In this document: positions 29,423 through 41,000 of the stretch, piece by piece
How the letters are laid out: the number at the start of each line of letters is the position of its first letter
Position numbering within the stretch: position 1 is the stretch's first letter
Source: Candidatus Uhrbacteria bacterium
GTDB lineage: Bacteria > Patescibacteriota > Patescibacteriia > UBA9934 > GWF2-40-263
Assembly: GCA_016188475.1 (NCBI GenBank)
Contig: JACPHT010000008.1
Coordinates: forward strand, 150,192-214,191
Direction of reading: 5' to 3'
Length of the DNA: 64,000 nt
Position numbers and translations under genes: made by a program
Notes under the pieces: model-generated
Database searches by the model: none
Told to the model about the DNA's origin: nothing
What the model saw: only the letters and a program-made list of their open reading frames with translations

Positions 29423-30769
29423 TCACCCCTGTGAAATTTTATCAACATTCATATTCTCTCCCTCGAGTAGCCAAATGTCGGATTGAGTTACTGACACATC
29501 AACTATTCGTCCAACCAGTTCTTGATTTCCCAAAAATCGCACAAGTTTCATTTCTCTTGAATTTCCATAACAAAATCCTGATTCAAATCTATCAACCAAA
29601 ACAGAAACAATTTGACCAACAAACTTTTGATTTTTTTCAAACACAATTTTTTCCATGAGCGATTGCAAAACTTTCCAACGACGTTTCTTTTCTTCTGGTA
29701 AGACATCATCTTTGAACGCTCGAAAAGCGGCGGTCCCAGAGCGAACAGAATATTGCGCGATATACGCGATGTCAAAATTAACTTTTTTATAAAGCTCAAC
29801 TGTTTTTTCAAATGCTTCCTTACTCTCACCAGAAAAACCAACAATAATATCTGTGCCAATCGCGATATCTGGAATTCGTTTTTTGACTTTATCAATTACG
29901 TTCAAAAATTGTTCTGACGAGTAACGACGATTCATCTTTCTCAAAACTAAATCATCACCAGATTGAACTGGCAAATGCAAAAAATTTACATGAGCAGGAA
30001 GCGCCATTGCATCTATCACCTCATCTGTCATATGAACTGGATGTGGAGCCGTGAAATGCATTCGTTTAATTTCTGGAATCTGATTTATCTCCCAAAGCAA
30101 AGCGGCAAAATGATCGCCGTACGGATTATCATCAGAAAAAATTTGAGAATCTGGCGCGCGATAACTGTTTACTGTTTGTCCAAGAAGCGTAATTTCAACA
30201 CATCCTTTTGAAACAAGCTCTTTGATCTCTGACAAAATATCTTCAACAGAGCGATTTTTTTCAAGACCTCGCGCAAACGGCACAACACAATATGAACAAA
30301 ATTTATTGCATCCTGTTTGAATACTTACATACGCTTGTCGAGTCGTTTCTCTATGCGGCATGATTTTTGTGTAATCATCAACAATGTCAGCGCTATTAAC
30401 AAGGTCAGGTCGCAATTCCGCGATCCATCTCGGTAATTGCCCCATTTGAGATGTTGGAAAATATAAATCAACAACTGGCATTTTCTTTTTAAACTCAAAA
30501 TTCCGATCGCGTCCTGGCATACATCCTGTAATTCCAATAATTAGATTTGGACGTTTTTCTTTCATCTTTGAAAAATCACTCATGTGGCCATACACACGAT
30601 TTTCAGCGCTTTGTCTAACCGAACAAGTGTTGAGTAAAATGATATCAGCTTGCTCTTTTTCAGAAGTTGGTTCAAAACCCAAACCACGAAGCAAACCGGA
30701 AAGTCGCTCTGAATCATTTTTATTCATCTGACAGCCGTAAGTGATAAGGTGGTATTTGGGAGAAGGCAT
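29423..30769 (-). CDS. miaB: tRNA-i6A37 methylthiotransferase (radical SAM)
   Basis: YHLITYGCQMN...; CxxxCxxC radical-SAM cluster and TRAM domain. Confidence 0.9.
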   Translation of the reverse strand: MPSPKYHLITYGCQMNKNDSERLSGLLRGLGFEPTSEKEQADIILLNTCSVRQSAENRVYGHMSDFSKMKEKRPNLIIGITGCMPGRDRNFEFKKKMPVVDLYFPTSQMGQLPRWIAELRPDLVNSADIVDDYTKIMPHRETTRQAYVSIQTGCNKFCSYCVVPFARGLEKNRSVEDILSEIKELVSKGCVEITLLGQTVNSYRAPDSQIFSDDNPYGDHFAALLWEINQIPEIKRMHFTAPHPVHMTDEVIDAMALPAHVNFLHLPVQSGDDLVLRKMNRRYSSEQFLNVIDKVKKRIPDIAIGTDIIVGFSGESKEAFEKTVELYKKVNFDIAYIAQYSVRSGTAAFRAFKDDVLPEEKKRRWKVLQSLMEKIVFEKNQKFVGQIVSVLVDRFESGFCYGNSREMKLVRFLGNQELVGRIVDVSVTQSDIWLLEGENMNVDKISQG

Positions 30770-30893
30770 AGGAAAAGTCAGAAGCGCAAAGTGATGAAGT
30801 CGAAACACAAAGTGACGGAGTTATTGTTTATCTACTCCATCACTTTCAAATACTCTGACAGACAATAACAAAAAAGAGGCTGATCGACCAGAC

Positions 30894-31457
30894 CTAGCCC
30901 CCAGAAGACACTGCAACAGCCTGTTTCGGCTGACGCGGGTCAAGTTCAAGTCTTTTGCACATTGCAAAAGCGCAAAGGAAAATGCGAAGGTACATCTTAT
31001 GATCTTCTGAATCTTCACTCACAGCAGAACGGCGCGGTAGGTGATGTGTTTGTGTGTCTGTGTCAGACGAAACACCAACAGGATCATAGGACAGACTGTA
31101 TTCAAGGTCGCGCGAAAGAGCTATGTAGTTGGGCTCAACCGCCTTCAATGCAAGGCTCAAGCGTTCGACTACAGCCTCGCTTTGGTAATGAACCCCCAAA
31201 CGAGCCACGTCATTTCTTCCAATTGTCCAGCCCGCTGTATGCAAGTACGGGGTTAGAGCACCGACAATGAGCCGAGCAACCATCAGAGTCCCGCTGTTTT
31301 CTCGCAGAGCATCAGTCAAATACTCTGCCAACATTGGACTCTTAACGATTTCTCGAACCATTTGACCGATTCGGCTGTCGTATAAGCACAGTTCGACTAC
31401 TTCAGCTTCCCTTTCCATAACAAGGAACAACCTTTCCGCGGCATTGCCGCCATCCAC
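30894..31457 (-). CDS. hypothetical protein in a GC-richer islet
   Basis: ORF with distinct composition. Confidence 0.3.
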   Translation of the reverse strand: MDGGNAAERLFLVMEREAEVVELCLYDSRIGQMVREIVKSPMLAEYLTDALRENSGTLMVARLIVGALTPYLHTAGWTIGRNDVARLGVHYQSEAVVERLSLALKAVEPNYIALSRDLEYSLSYDPVGVSSDTDTQTHHLPRRSAVSEDSEDHKMYLRIFLCAFAMCKRLELDPRQPKQAVAVSSGG

Positions 31458-31521
31458 TTGTATAGTGGAGAAAAAAACAATATCATATAGACATCTTTTG
31501 TCAATAGATTAAATTCAAAAT

Positions 31522-33618
31522 ATGCCAAAAAAACAAGAAAACCCAGTTAAAGAGGCTCGTGAGGAATCATCAAAGAGCCCGATGTTCACAAACATTGAAA
31601 CCGCTGAAGTTGAGATGACAACGTATGAATTCGGATCGGAAGTCGAATCAACTCGTTCAGATGGAGAACTTGTTCAGGAGATTGTAATTGGAAATTCTGG
31701 ATCAAAAGAAAACGCAACTGTCGTTCTTGCGCGAAAAAGTGAAGCTGGACCACTTTTGCGTGTTGTAGGCAGCGATGAACTTGCATCAAGTGTAAGGACT
31801 GATCATCAACTTGAATTATATTCTGATGCTGTCATTTCAGCGGCTGAGTCTGCTGTGAAAGCGGCTGGTTTGAAAGGCAATGAAGCAAAAGAAGCATTGG
31901 CGCTTCTTGCTGAAGAAGCTCCAAAAGTTATTGCAAAAGCAATGGGAGAAAAAAATCCTGAGAAAGCTCTTTCTGACTTTGTCCTTGAAGAAGCGCGGGC
32001 CGTTGCTAGTGGTAAGAGTGAAAAATCTGTTTTGAGTCTTGAAGCTCTCACAGAACAATTGGCTCATGCTAGACAAAAAGCCGATACTGCAAAAAATGAT
32101 CGAGAATATAAAGCGGCGCTTGTTGAAATTCATGCTGTTGAAAAAGCCGTTTATGAAACGCGCGTCGCCTTAAATCCTGACGCTTCAAAAAAAGAAAAAA
32201 TCGAAATCGCAAATCAGGTTGATGGAGCTGTTGAATTAATTCCAGATCCACTTTACGAAGATGGTTATAAGGCTGTTAAAAATCGAATTGTTGAACTTGA
32301 AAAAATAATGAAAGATGCAGATAAAAACAAGGACGGAGTTGCGTGGACTGTTGCGCGAAACGAATACGATCGTCATCGCGCAATATTGCCAGTCCTAGAA
32401 AAAGTTGAAATGGTATTGGATGTGAAAGCTCAAATTGATGCAATGATCGCAGAAAAAATCTGGGAACAAAACGAGTACTCTTCCAAAAAACGAGAAAAAG
32501 GAACAATGCAAAAAAAGTTCTGGAAAGGAGTTATTGAAAGACAAGAAAAGCTTCAGAGAACAATTGAGGATGGAATCATGGTGTTAACTCAAAAACAAAA
32601 TGAAGATACTGGCAAAGACATAGAAAAACTTGAAGCAAAACGGCTTGAATCTCTTGAATTTCTTCAAACAGCACAAAAAAACATCCAAAAAGTTGAAAAA
32701 GAAATGGAAGAACTTGAAAACATGGGTGTGCTTATTGATTTTGATACTGAAGAAAAACCAAACGAAGCTCGATCAGCTCTTTATTTCCAACTGATGGATA
32801 CATACAAAGAAAATCCAAAAGAAGTGATGAATTACATTGACGGAATGATCAAGAGTAAAAAAGTTAACACGTCAACTCTCGGAATACTGAAGGCGGTCAA
32901 GGAAGTTATAAGAGTGATGGAATCACAGCCAAAAGTAGAACAGAAAAAAGAAGCTGAAGAGGCTAAAAAAGTTGGAGAGGCTGGAGAAGTTAAAGAAATT
33001 CCAAAAACAAAACAAGAAGCAAAAGTAATTCCAATAGAACCAAGATTGCGAAAAACAAGAAAAGAAACTTTGAAACCTGGTACTGTGATCGAATCAGTGT
33101 TTGAAACAAAACAAGCTGAAAAAACCGGCCTTAAACCAGGAGACATTGTTGAATCTGTGATGGAACCAGAAGAAGTTGAAGAAGTTAGAGAAGCTGAAGT
33201 GGTTGGAAAAGAGAACAGTCAGGAACGTAACACTGACGAGATTAAAATAATTGATTATTCAAATGAAAAAGTCCAAGATCTCATAAACGCAGGAATCGTA
33301 GAGAACGCTGGCGAATTGGAACTTTATGAGCGTTTATACATTGAACTATATATTGCGCTTGATTCACTTGGACTAAAACCACAAGACGAAGGTTTGCCTT
33401 CGAGTTTTGAAGAAATGGTAAACACAAAAGATTCACGAGGAATTTTTGGAAAAATGTTTGGCGCAAAAACAGAGCGAGTCAAGCTGTTCAACAAACTTAA
33501 AGAAGCTCACTACACATATATAGATTCTGGAAAAGTTGATATTGGAAGCGTTCTAAAAAGACAACACAGACGCTATGAAGATTACGAAAGTTCGATGAGA
33601 AGCGCTGGAAAATTCTAA
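31522..33618 (+). CDS. large hypothetical coiled-coil protein; its C-terminal third carries two copies of the EAEEV/EAGEA DNA motif
   Basis: 698-aa ORF, K/E-rich and helical. Confidence 0.5.
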   Translation: MPKKQENPVKEAREESSKSPMFTNIETAEVEMTTYEFGSEVESTRSDGELVQEIVIGNSGSKENATVVLARKSEAGPLLRVVGSDELASSVRTDHQLELYSDAVISAAESAVKAAGLKGNEAKEALALLAEEAPKVIAKAMGEKNPEKALSDFVLEEARAVASGKSEKSVLSLEALTEQLAHARQKADTAKNDREYKAALVEIHAVEKAVYETRVALNPDASKKEKIEIANQVDGAVELIPDPLYEDGYKAVKNRIVELEKIMKDADKNKDGVAWTVARNEYDRHRAILPVLEKVEMVLDVKAQIDAMIAEKIWEQNEYSSKKREKGTMQKKFWKGVIERQEKLQRTIEDGIMVLTQKQNEDTGKDIEKLEAKRLESLEFLQTAQKNIQKVEKEMEELENMGVLIDFDTEEKPNEARSALYFQLMDTYKENPKEVMNYIDGMIKSKKVNTSTLGILKAVKEVIRVMESQPKVEQKKEAEEAKKVGEAGEVKEIPKTKQEAKVIPIEPRLRKTRKETLKPGTVIESVFETKQAEKTGLKPGDIVESVMEPEEVEEVREAEVVGKENSQERNTDEIKIIDYSNEKVQDLINAGIVENAGELELYERLYIELYIALDSLGLKPQDEGLPSSFEEMVNTKDSRGIFGKMFGAKTERVKLFNKLKEAHYTYIDSGKVDIGSVLKRQHRRYEDYESSMRSAGKF

Positions 33619-33651
33619 ATAAAGAACGGGCAATTGCCCGTTCTTTTATGT

Positions 33652-35457
33652 TCAAGCTTCTTTAGCCTCTCCAGCTTTTTGAACTTCTTTAATAAGCTGA
33701 TCCTGCGCGATTGTCAAATGTTCTTCTTGTCCGAAAACATTCACATCAAACGCACTGCCTTGCGTTTCCTTTTCACCGATTACAATCGTCCATGGAATTT
33801 TCATCATTGCCGCATTTCTAATTTTCTTTCCGACTTTCACATCAGAAAAATCTGATTCTACTCGAACACCAGCATCAAAAAGTTCTGTTTTTAACTTTTG
33901 CGCAAATGCAACAAAATCTTCACTCACAGTCGCAAGACGAATCTGTACTGGCGCAAGCCACATTGGAAACGCTCCACCGTAATGTTCAATCAAAATTCCC
34001 ATAAACCGTTCTGTTGAACCAAGAATCGCTCGGTGAATAACAACTGGACGTTTTACTTTCCCATCACTATCCGCATATTCGAGTTCAAACCGTTCAGGCA
34101 AATTCATGTCAAGTTGAATTGTGGACAGTTGCCACTGTCTTCCAATTACGTCGCGTACCATAAAATCGAGCTTTGGACCATAAAACGCGGCTTCGCCAAC
34201 ACCAACTTCCTTTTTCCAACCTCGACCCTCAACAAGACGTGCAAGCGCGGCCTCTGACTCTTCCCAAATTTGTGGATCGCCAATATATTTTTCACGATTA
34301 TTTGGATCGCTTGTTGAAACGCGAACCCAAAAATCTTTGAAACCAAAAGCGCGATATGTTTCATCGATCATGTCCAACATCAAATTTATTTCTTGTTCAA
34401 TCTGATCCGATTTCAAAAATACATGACAATCATCTTGAGTTAGCGAACGAACGCGTGTGAGCCCTGACAATTCCCCGCTTTTTTCATAGCGATAACATGA
34501 AGTTGTGCAAGTCCAACGCATTGGCATATCGCGATATGAATGCGCAGTGGATTTATAAAGCATCATGAAGTGCGGACAATTCATTGGCTTGAGATAATAT
34601 TGTGCTTCAGCAGGCAAATCCATTGGAGGATACATTGCGTCATACTTTTGCAAATGCCCTGAAATTTCGTACAACTTTCCTTTTGTAATATGCGGAATCC
34701 AAATCGGGACATATCCTCTTTTCTCTTGCTGTTCCATAATAAAATTCTCGATTAGCCGGCGAAGAACAGCGCCTTTTGGATAAAAAAGTGGAAGACCTGG
34801 CCCGACTTCATCAATAATTGTAAATAGTTCCAGATCTGTTCCGAGTTTTCTGTGATCTCGTTTTTTAGCTTCTTCAAGCATTATGAGATACTCGTCGAGT
34901 TCTTTTTGTGTTTCAAAAGCAAGACCATACACGCGTTGCATTTGAGGATTTTTTTCATTACCTCGCCAATAGGCTCCTGCAATTTTCCAAAGTTTAAACA
35001 CACCAATGTCTTTCACGTTTTCGATGTGCGGACCGCGACAAAGATCTGTAAACGATCCTGTGTGATAAAGAGTCGCGACATCTGGTTTGGAAATATCAAG
35101 ATCTTGCGCTTCGTCTGTTTGAATTTTTGTCGTGCCTTTTTCTTTCAAATCCTTCAACAACTCAACTTTGAAATCCTGTCCGCGTTCTTTGAAAAACGAA
35201 ACGGCTTTGTCGAGCGAAATCTCCTCGCGAACCATCTCGTGTTTTTCCGAGATAATTTTTTTCATTTCTTTTTCAATCACGGCCAGCCCTTCGTCAGAAA
35301 TCGGTTCTGGAAACAAAATGTCATAATAAAACCCGTTTTCAACAACAGGTCCAACACCAAATTTTGCTCCTGGATAAAGCCGCTCAACAGCCGCGGCCAA
35401 AACGTGCGCGGCAGTATGTCGCATTGTGTGAAGATTGTCATTCATATTATTAAACAA
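33652..35457 (-). CDS. thrS: threonyl-tRNA synthetase with a short acidic C-terminal tail (QKAGEAKEA) from the repeat motif
   Basis: MRHTAAHVLAAAVERLYPG... and class-II synthetase motifs. Confidence 0.9.
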   Translation of the reverse strand: MFNNMNDNLHTMRHTAAHVLAAAVERLYPGAKFGVGPVVENGFYYDILFPEPISDEGLAVIEKEMKKIISEKHEMVREEISLDKAVSFFKERGQDFKVELLKDLKEKGTTKIQTDEAQDLDISKPDVATLYHTGSFTDLCRGPHIENVKDIGVFKLWKIAGAYWRGNEKNPQMQRVYGLAFETQKELDEYLIMLEEAKKRDHRKLGTDLELFTIIDEVGPGLPLFYPKGAVLRRLIENFIMEQQEKRGYVPIWIPHITKGKLYEISGHLQKYDAMYPPMDLPAEAQYYLKPMNCPHFMMLYKSTAHSYRDMPMRWTCTTSCYRYEKSGELSGLTRVRSLTQDDCHVFLKSDQIEQEINLMLDMIDETYRAFGFKDFWVRVSTSDPNNREKYIGDPQIWEESEAALARLVEGRGWKKEVGVGEAAFYGPKLDFMVRDVIGRQWQLSTIQLDMNLPERFELEYADSDGKVKRPVVIHRAILGSTERFMGILIEHYGGAFPMWLAPVQIRLATVSEDFVAFAQKLKTELFDAGVRVESDFSDVKVGKKIRNAAMMKIPWTIVIGEKETQGSAFDVNVFGQEEHLTIAQDQLIKEVQKAGEAKEA

Positions 35458-35540
35458 ACAAGGAGATAAGGGGTGAGTGGTAAGAAGATAAAGAGAAGTT
35501 TATCGTAAATAGCGTAATAAACGCAAGATGCAAAATATGT

Positions 35541-35623
35541 AAACAGAAGCGATAGCGTCATGTCGTAGGGAACAGCGGCGAGGAGTCCGCTGGCCCGTAG
35601 ACATGGCATGTCGCTTCTGTTTG
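35541..35623 (+). repeat. Long-stem hairpin element, copy 2 (core GTCGTAGGGAACAGCGGCGAGGAGTCCGCTGGCCCGTAGAC)
   Basis: Same core as copy 1 in a different, self-complementary stem. Confidence 0.6.
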
Positions 35624-35639
35624 AAACATTCAAACCATT

Positions 35640-36833
35640 CTATTGTATTTCAATATAAACATGATCCTTCAGACGCGGTATCGTGCGAACCCAAAATGGG
35701 AAAAATTGAACTTCAACTTTTGTTGCAATACCTTCTTTTGTGAGTAGCGAGTCAACATCTTTCTCTCTCATCCCAACAAATCTTCCAACGTCAAGCGCGT
35801 TATTAACGCGCGACGGGATCGCATTCCCAGTTTGCGTTATATGCAATCGCGCAACGCCTTGTTGTGAATTGACTTGCTCAACAACAATTTTCCGATTTGC
35901 TGTTCCAAGATCAATAAATTCCTGACCTTGTTCAATTCCTTCATACAGCTTCTTTTCCGTTATCTTTGAAAGAGCGGCATTGTCAAAAAATACTCCCGAC
36001 ACTTCAACATTAAGCGACACATCAAATGCCGCAACTTTGTCGCCGGCTTTTGCTCCAACTTTCTCGTCTTTAATATCGACAGAAAATTCCTCACCAGTGT
36101 ACTTGCTTGTTAGTTGACTTCTCAATGTTGATTTTGCTTCTTCAAAAAGTTCTGCCTTGAACGAAGCAACAGCTTGATCAATTTCTTCCTGAGACAAAAC
36201 GGATTCATATCGAATTCCATCAATAAACGCCTCATTTGATTTTGCGCTCACCAACTTCTGCTTTGCTGGAGTCAAACCAGGGATCGTAAAATTTGTTGGC
36301 GCGATATTTCCACTCACACCTTTTTGATCAGCATAAACTTCGGCTGTGACACTTCCATTTGCCGGAACAGTAACTCCTTTTTTCAAACGAAACAAAACTC
36401 CATCTTGTGAAAGCAAACGTGTTGTCGCGACAAGCGGTTGGGCTGAAGACATTGTATTTGTGATTGTGACGAGCCCTGTTGCTTGATCTTCAATTTCTGT
36501 TTTTGATGTTCCAGTTGGTGTAAATGATTCAGTCTTACCAACAGTTACATTTTTAACTTCACCCTGTACTTCTCCGTCAGATGTTGCGATGCGTGTTGTG
36601 CGAACAATAAAATCTGCAACAATTTCTTTTGGAACTGCAGTGACACGTATAACAGCTTGCATTGTTGAAAGATACAAAACAACAACAAGCGAAGCGGCAA
36701 CAAGAATAACAAATGTCAAAGCAATTCTACGATATAATAAAATCGGAATCGCGTTTGTGACCTGAGTTTTTTGAACAATCGGTGCTTTCTTCACTTCAAT
36801 TCGTCGAGAAGTGACAGTTTTTTTCGTGGGCAT
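35640..36833 (-). CDS. hypothetical N-terminally anchored surface protein
   Basis: ORF with a TM anchor. Confidence 0.4.
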   Translation of the reverse strand: MPTKKTVTSRRIEVKKAPIVQKTQVTNAIPILLYRRIALTFVILVAASLVVVLYLSTMQAVIRVTAVPKEIVADFIVRTTRIATSDGEVQGEVKNVTVGKTESFTPTGTSKTEIEDQATGLVTITNTMSSAQPLVATTRLLSQDGVLFRLKKGVTVPANGSVTAEVYADQKGVSGNIAPTNFTIPGLTPAKQKLVSAKSNEAFIDGIRYESVLSQEEIDQAVASFKAELFEEAKSTLRSQLTSKYTGEEFSVDIKDEKVGAKAGDKVAAFDVSLNVEVSGVFFDNAALSKITEKKLYEGIEQGQEFIDLGTANRKIVVEQVNSQQGVARLHITQTGNAIPSRVNNALDVGRFVGMREKDVDSLLTKEGIATKVEVQFFPFWVRTIPRLKDHVYIEIQ

Positions 36834-36925
36834 ACAAAGTTATTATACCACGCATTTACATCACTTTCGCATTGTAAAAAATTTAGCCATGTTTTGACGC
36901 CGGAAGCCGTGGTCACACAACATTC

Positions 36926-36955
36926 AGCAAGGAAAACATCCTTGCTGTTTTTTGT
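36926..36955 (+). terminator. Orphan terminator-like hairpin (cagcaagg-aaaacat-ccttgctg followed by T6) with no plus-strand gene upstream
   Basis: Seen directly. Confidence 0.3.
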
Positions 36956-37017
36956 GTCATTGCGAGGAGGAGTAAAGCGACGACGAAGCAATCTGACCCA
37001 TTGGGTCATTAGATTAA
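36956..37017. repeat. Partial copy of the GTCATTGCGAGG...GCGACGAAGCAATCT nested-palindrome family
   Basis: Matches the copies at 45530-45612 and 55811-55891. Confidence 0.5.
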
Positions 37018-37096
37018 AAAAGAGCAGTTTGTACTATGTCGAAGGGAACAACGGCGAAGAGTCCGTTGGCCCGGAGACATGGTACAAACTGCTCGA
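37015..37096 (+). repeat. Long-stem hairpin element, copy 3 (core GTCGAAGGGAACAACGGCGAAGAGTCCGTTGGCCCGGAGAC); acts as a terminator for the minus-strand gene 37204-37815
   Basis: 20-bp stem; the A-run on the plus side is a U-run on the minus transcript. Confidence 0.6.
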
Positions 37097-37203
37097 GAGA
37101 CCCCTCGGCTCAACGCTAAACTCGCTCGGGATGACAAAATAAAAAAAGAACTCTGCTAAATGACCCAATGAAGGATCAAAGACACAAAGTCCAAAGAGTG
37201 AAC

Positions 37204-37815
37204 TCATTTGGGAACAACGAACACGAACCGATGGTCGAAACCCCAGCGATCGCCAGGGAGATCCTCGAATGTGTCGAGCCAGAGACCATCCTTGTCGTGG
37301 TCGATGTCGAACACGTTGAGAGCACCGCGCGAATCGGAAATTGCTTCCATGGCAATCTGGAACCACTCTCCTTTGGTCTGATCCTTGTAAAACAAACGAA
37401 GAGCGGGACCAACTTCTGCAGGACAGAGCTGGCCACCTTGAGCCAGAATAGCAGAATAGACTTCCTTTGTAGTTCCACCGTTTGGAAGCCCAAGCTCCGC
37501 AATAGTTGCGGAAGTAAGGTTAACCTCGACCTCCTTTTTTGAACACGTAATCTTCTTCAGAAGGTTCCTTGCCCAATCACTGATCTTAAATCCAGCTGAC
37601 TCAAGCGCCTTTTCGTAAGCCTCTGGGGTTTCGTGAAGACCGAGAGTCACTGTCCGGATAACACGGAACTTCGACGACGCCCACGGATTCTCCTTGCGAA
37701 GAAACCGTTTGAAGGCTGTTAGCCACATTGTTCCATCAGAACCAGCGAGCTTTGTCCAGAAATCTTTCATGGGTCCGGCCACTTCGGCAAGAGTACCACC
37801 GAGCATTTCAGACAT
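37204..37815 (-). CDS. hypothetical protein in a GC-richer islet
   Basis: ORF. Confidence 0.35.
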   Translation of the reverse strand: MSEMLGGTLAEVAGPMKDFWTKLAGSDGTMWLTAFKRFLRKENPWASSKFRVIRTVTLGLHETPEAYEKALESAGFKISDWARNLLKKITCSKKEVEVNLTSATIAELGLPNGGTTKEVYSAILAQGGQLCPAEVGPALRLFYKDQTKGEWFQIAMEAISDSRGALNVFDIDHDKDGLWLDTFEDLPGDRWGFDHRFVFVVPK

Positions 37816-38022
37816 GGTCGGTCTCCTTTTGACGCGCGAGGCGTCTATTTTGCCAGCGGGCTTCTGAACATTTACTTGCCGATAGGCAGGCTTGTCAGAT
37901 TTACCATGGCAAGGAATCGCCCTTTTTAGAGCAACTTTTTGCCAGAGTCAATCTGATTTTGATAGTCAAGTCTAGCATAAAATAGCCAGTTTGTCAAGAA
38001 AAAAAGACCAAAATTACCACTT

Positions 38023-41000
38023 TTACGTCACTTTCACATTTTGCCGTCCAACAAGCGATGCGATCTCGTCCACAATCTCATCAGAAATAAAAACAGAATA
38101 ATCAGTTTCGATTTGTCTAACCCGTCCACCGGATTCAACAAGCAAACAAACTGAAGTTTGACCGGGCGATCTTTGTAATATCTCGCGCAATCGTGACACT
38201 AACTCCGGAGCCGGATTTCCTTGAAGCGCGATTGAAAGTGTTCCAGTTATTACAGGAACTTGAGCAACAACTGTTTTTGGATCAGCCCATTGACCTCGAG
38301 AAAGCATTTGGACAAGCTGTGGAAGTTGATCCTCCGTGTATCCAATAAGTCCATTTGCCAATAAACTCAATTCACCATTGCGTCTAGACACTTTCGCGGA
38401 AACAAGTGTTAGTTGATCGAGTTGTAATGAAAATTTTGATCGAGTAAAAACTTCAGGGAAAAGCACAAGTTCCACAACACCTGTTGCATCTTCAACACTT
38501 ACAAATGCCATTGGTTCTCCTTTTTTTGTAATTATTTCTTTTATTGCTGTTATAACTCCACCACAATGAATCAACTTACTGCTTGGGTGATCTTTAACTT
38601 TCGCACACGGAACAATTAGCGGCCCCAAAACACTAGCGCTTTGTTCAAATGGATGCGCGCTAAGATAAAGACCTAACAATTCTTTTTCCCATGCAAGAAG
38701 TTCTTGGATTCCTGCCGGTTCTGTTTCACGAAGTGTGATTGCAGAGTCCATCACGGTCGGCGATGATGAAAACAAACTTTGTTGGTTTGATGAAATCTCT
38801 TTTTGAATAGATTTATTGTGCATCAAAATTCTATCAACGTTTTCAAAAAGTTGGCGTCTCTCACCAAAACGATCAAGCGCTCCGGATTTTATAAGAGCCT
38901 CAAGAGATTTTTTATTAAACGCGTGATGGGAGATGCGTCCTGCAAAATCAGATAAATCTTTGAACGGCCCATTGTTTTTTCTTTCTGTAATAATTGACGC
39001 GACAACTTCTTCTCCTAAATTTTTTACAACAAGCAAACCAAAACGAATCTGTTTATCATTCATGAAAGTAAAATCCTTTCTTGATTCATTTATATCAGGA
39101 GACAAAACCTCAATTCCGAGGCGTTCGCATTCGTGAACTGCTTCAGCAATTTTTTCTAAATCACCAGCCTCTGCTGTCATAAGCGCTGTCATGTATTCGG
39201 CTGGAAAATTCGCTTTCATGTACGCGGTTTGATAAGCAACCATCCCGTAACTCGCGGCGTGACTTTTATTAAACCCATAAGCGGCAAACGGTTCAATAAG
39301 CTTCCAAAGTTGACGCGCTTTGTCGTCCGTAAGTCCGTGCGCGATAAATCCTTCAAGCAACTTGATTTTTTGCAATGCCATCTCTGCTGGAATTTTCTTT
39401 CCCATGGCTTTTCGAAGTTTGTCAGCTTCAAGCCACGAGTAACCGCCCAAATGAATGGCTGTCAACATAACGTCATCTTGATAAACAATAACTCCGTATG
39501 ACATTTTCAAAATCGGTTCCATGCGCGGATCAAGATATGAAATAAGCGACGTGTCGTGTTTACGTTTGATGTATTCAGGAATTGATTCAATCGGACCAGG
39601 ACGATAAAGAGCGACCATTGCCATAAGATCCTCAACGCGCTCTGGCTTCAAATCCATGAGATATTTTGTCATTCCTTCTCCGTTCAACTGAAACACGCCC
39701 ATTGTGTGGCCTTTTGCAAGAAGTGAAAAAGTTTTTTTGTCATTGATTGGAATGCGCTCAATATCAATCTCAATTCCTTTCAGTTTTTTCACAAGAGCAA
39801 CAGCGTCTCCCAAAATCGACAAATTGCGAATTCCAAGAAAATCCATTTTAACAAGACCTGCTGTTTCAACAGCGTGCATTTCATATTGAGTAATAACTTT
39901 TCCTTCACGAGTATCAATTTGAAGCGGAGTAAAATCCGTAAGATCAGTTGGCGCAATAACTGCTCCTGCCGCGTGAATTGAAACATGACGAGCGCATCCT
40001 TCAATTTGTTTTGCAAGATCAATAATGCGTCGCACGTTTGCGTCGGTATCAAATTTCTTTTTTAAATCCGGCGCTTCATTAAGAGCGCGAGTGAGTGTCA
40101 TTGGAAATCCTTGCGAACCCATTGGGACAAGTTTCGCGATCTCATCTACCATTGGATATGGAAACCCAAGCGCTCGTCCGACATCGCGAACAGAACCACG
40201 CGCAAGCATTGTTCCAAAAGTACAAATCTGTGAAACTTTTTCTTGTCCATATTTTCCTCGAACATAATCCAAAACTTCATCACGGCGGTTGTCGGCAAAA
40301 TCAGTATCAATATCAGGAGCTGACGGACGTTCTGGATTTAAAAAACGTTCAAACGGCAATTCATAAGTCAAAGGATTGATTGATGAAATTCCGATTCCGT
40401 AACTCACAAGCGATCCTGCGGCTGAACCGCGCGTTGTTGTGACAATCCCGTTTGATCTTGCCCAATTGATAAAATCAGAGACAATCAAAAAGTATGGACA
40501 AAAGCCTTTTTGATCGATAATTTCCAACTCATACGCGAGACGTTGTTCCATTACGTCTGTTAACGGGCCTTCTTTCTCAGCAAGTTGTTGTTCAGCGCGT
40601 TGTGTTAAAACCTGACGAAAAGTTTGCCCTTCTGGAATTTCAAATTTTGGAAAATTCCATTTTCCAAGTTCGAGCTCAAGCAAACAACGATCCGCAATGC
40701 GACGCGTGTTTTCAATCGCTTCCGGAACATCAGCAAAACGTTCTTCCATATACTGCGCGCTCACCATTGACGCGTCATAATCGTATGGATTGATTCTCTC
40801 AAAATGTTCAAGTGTTTTTCCGCCTTTAATGCAATTCAAAATTTTCCAAGCTTCTGCGTCTTGCGGCTTGAGATATAAAGTATTTTTCGTCGCAACAATC
40901 GGCACATTCATTTTTTTCCCAAGCTCAATCAGTTGCGCGTTTGTGCTTTCTTGTTCTGCGATTTCTGGACGATCAACAAGTTCTAAGAAAAAATTTCCAT

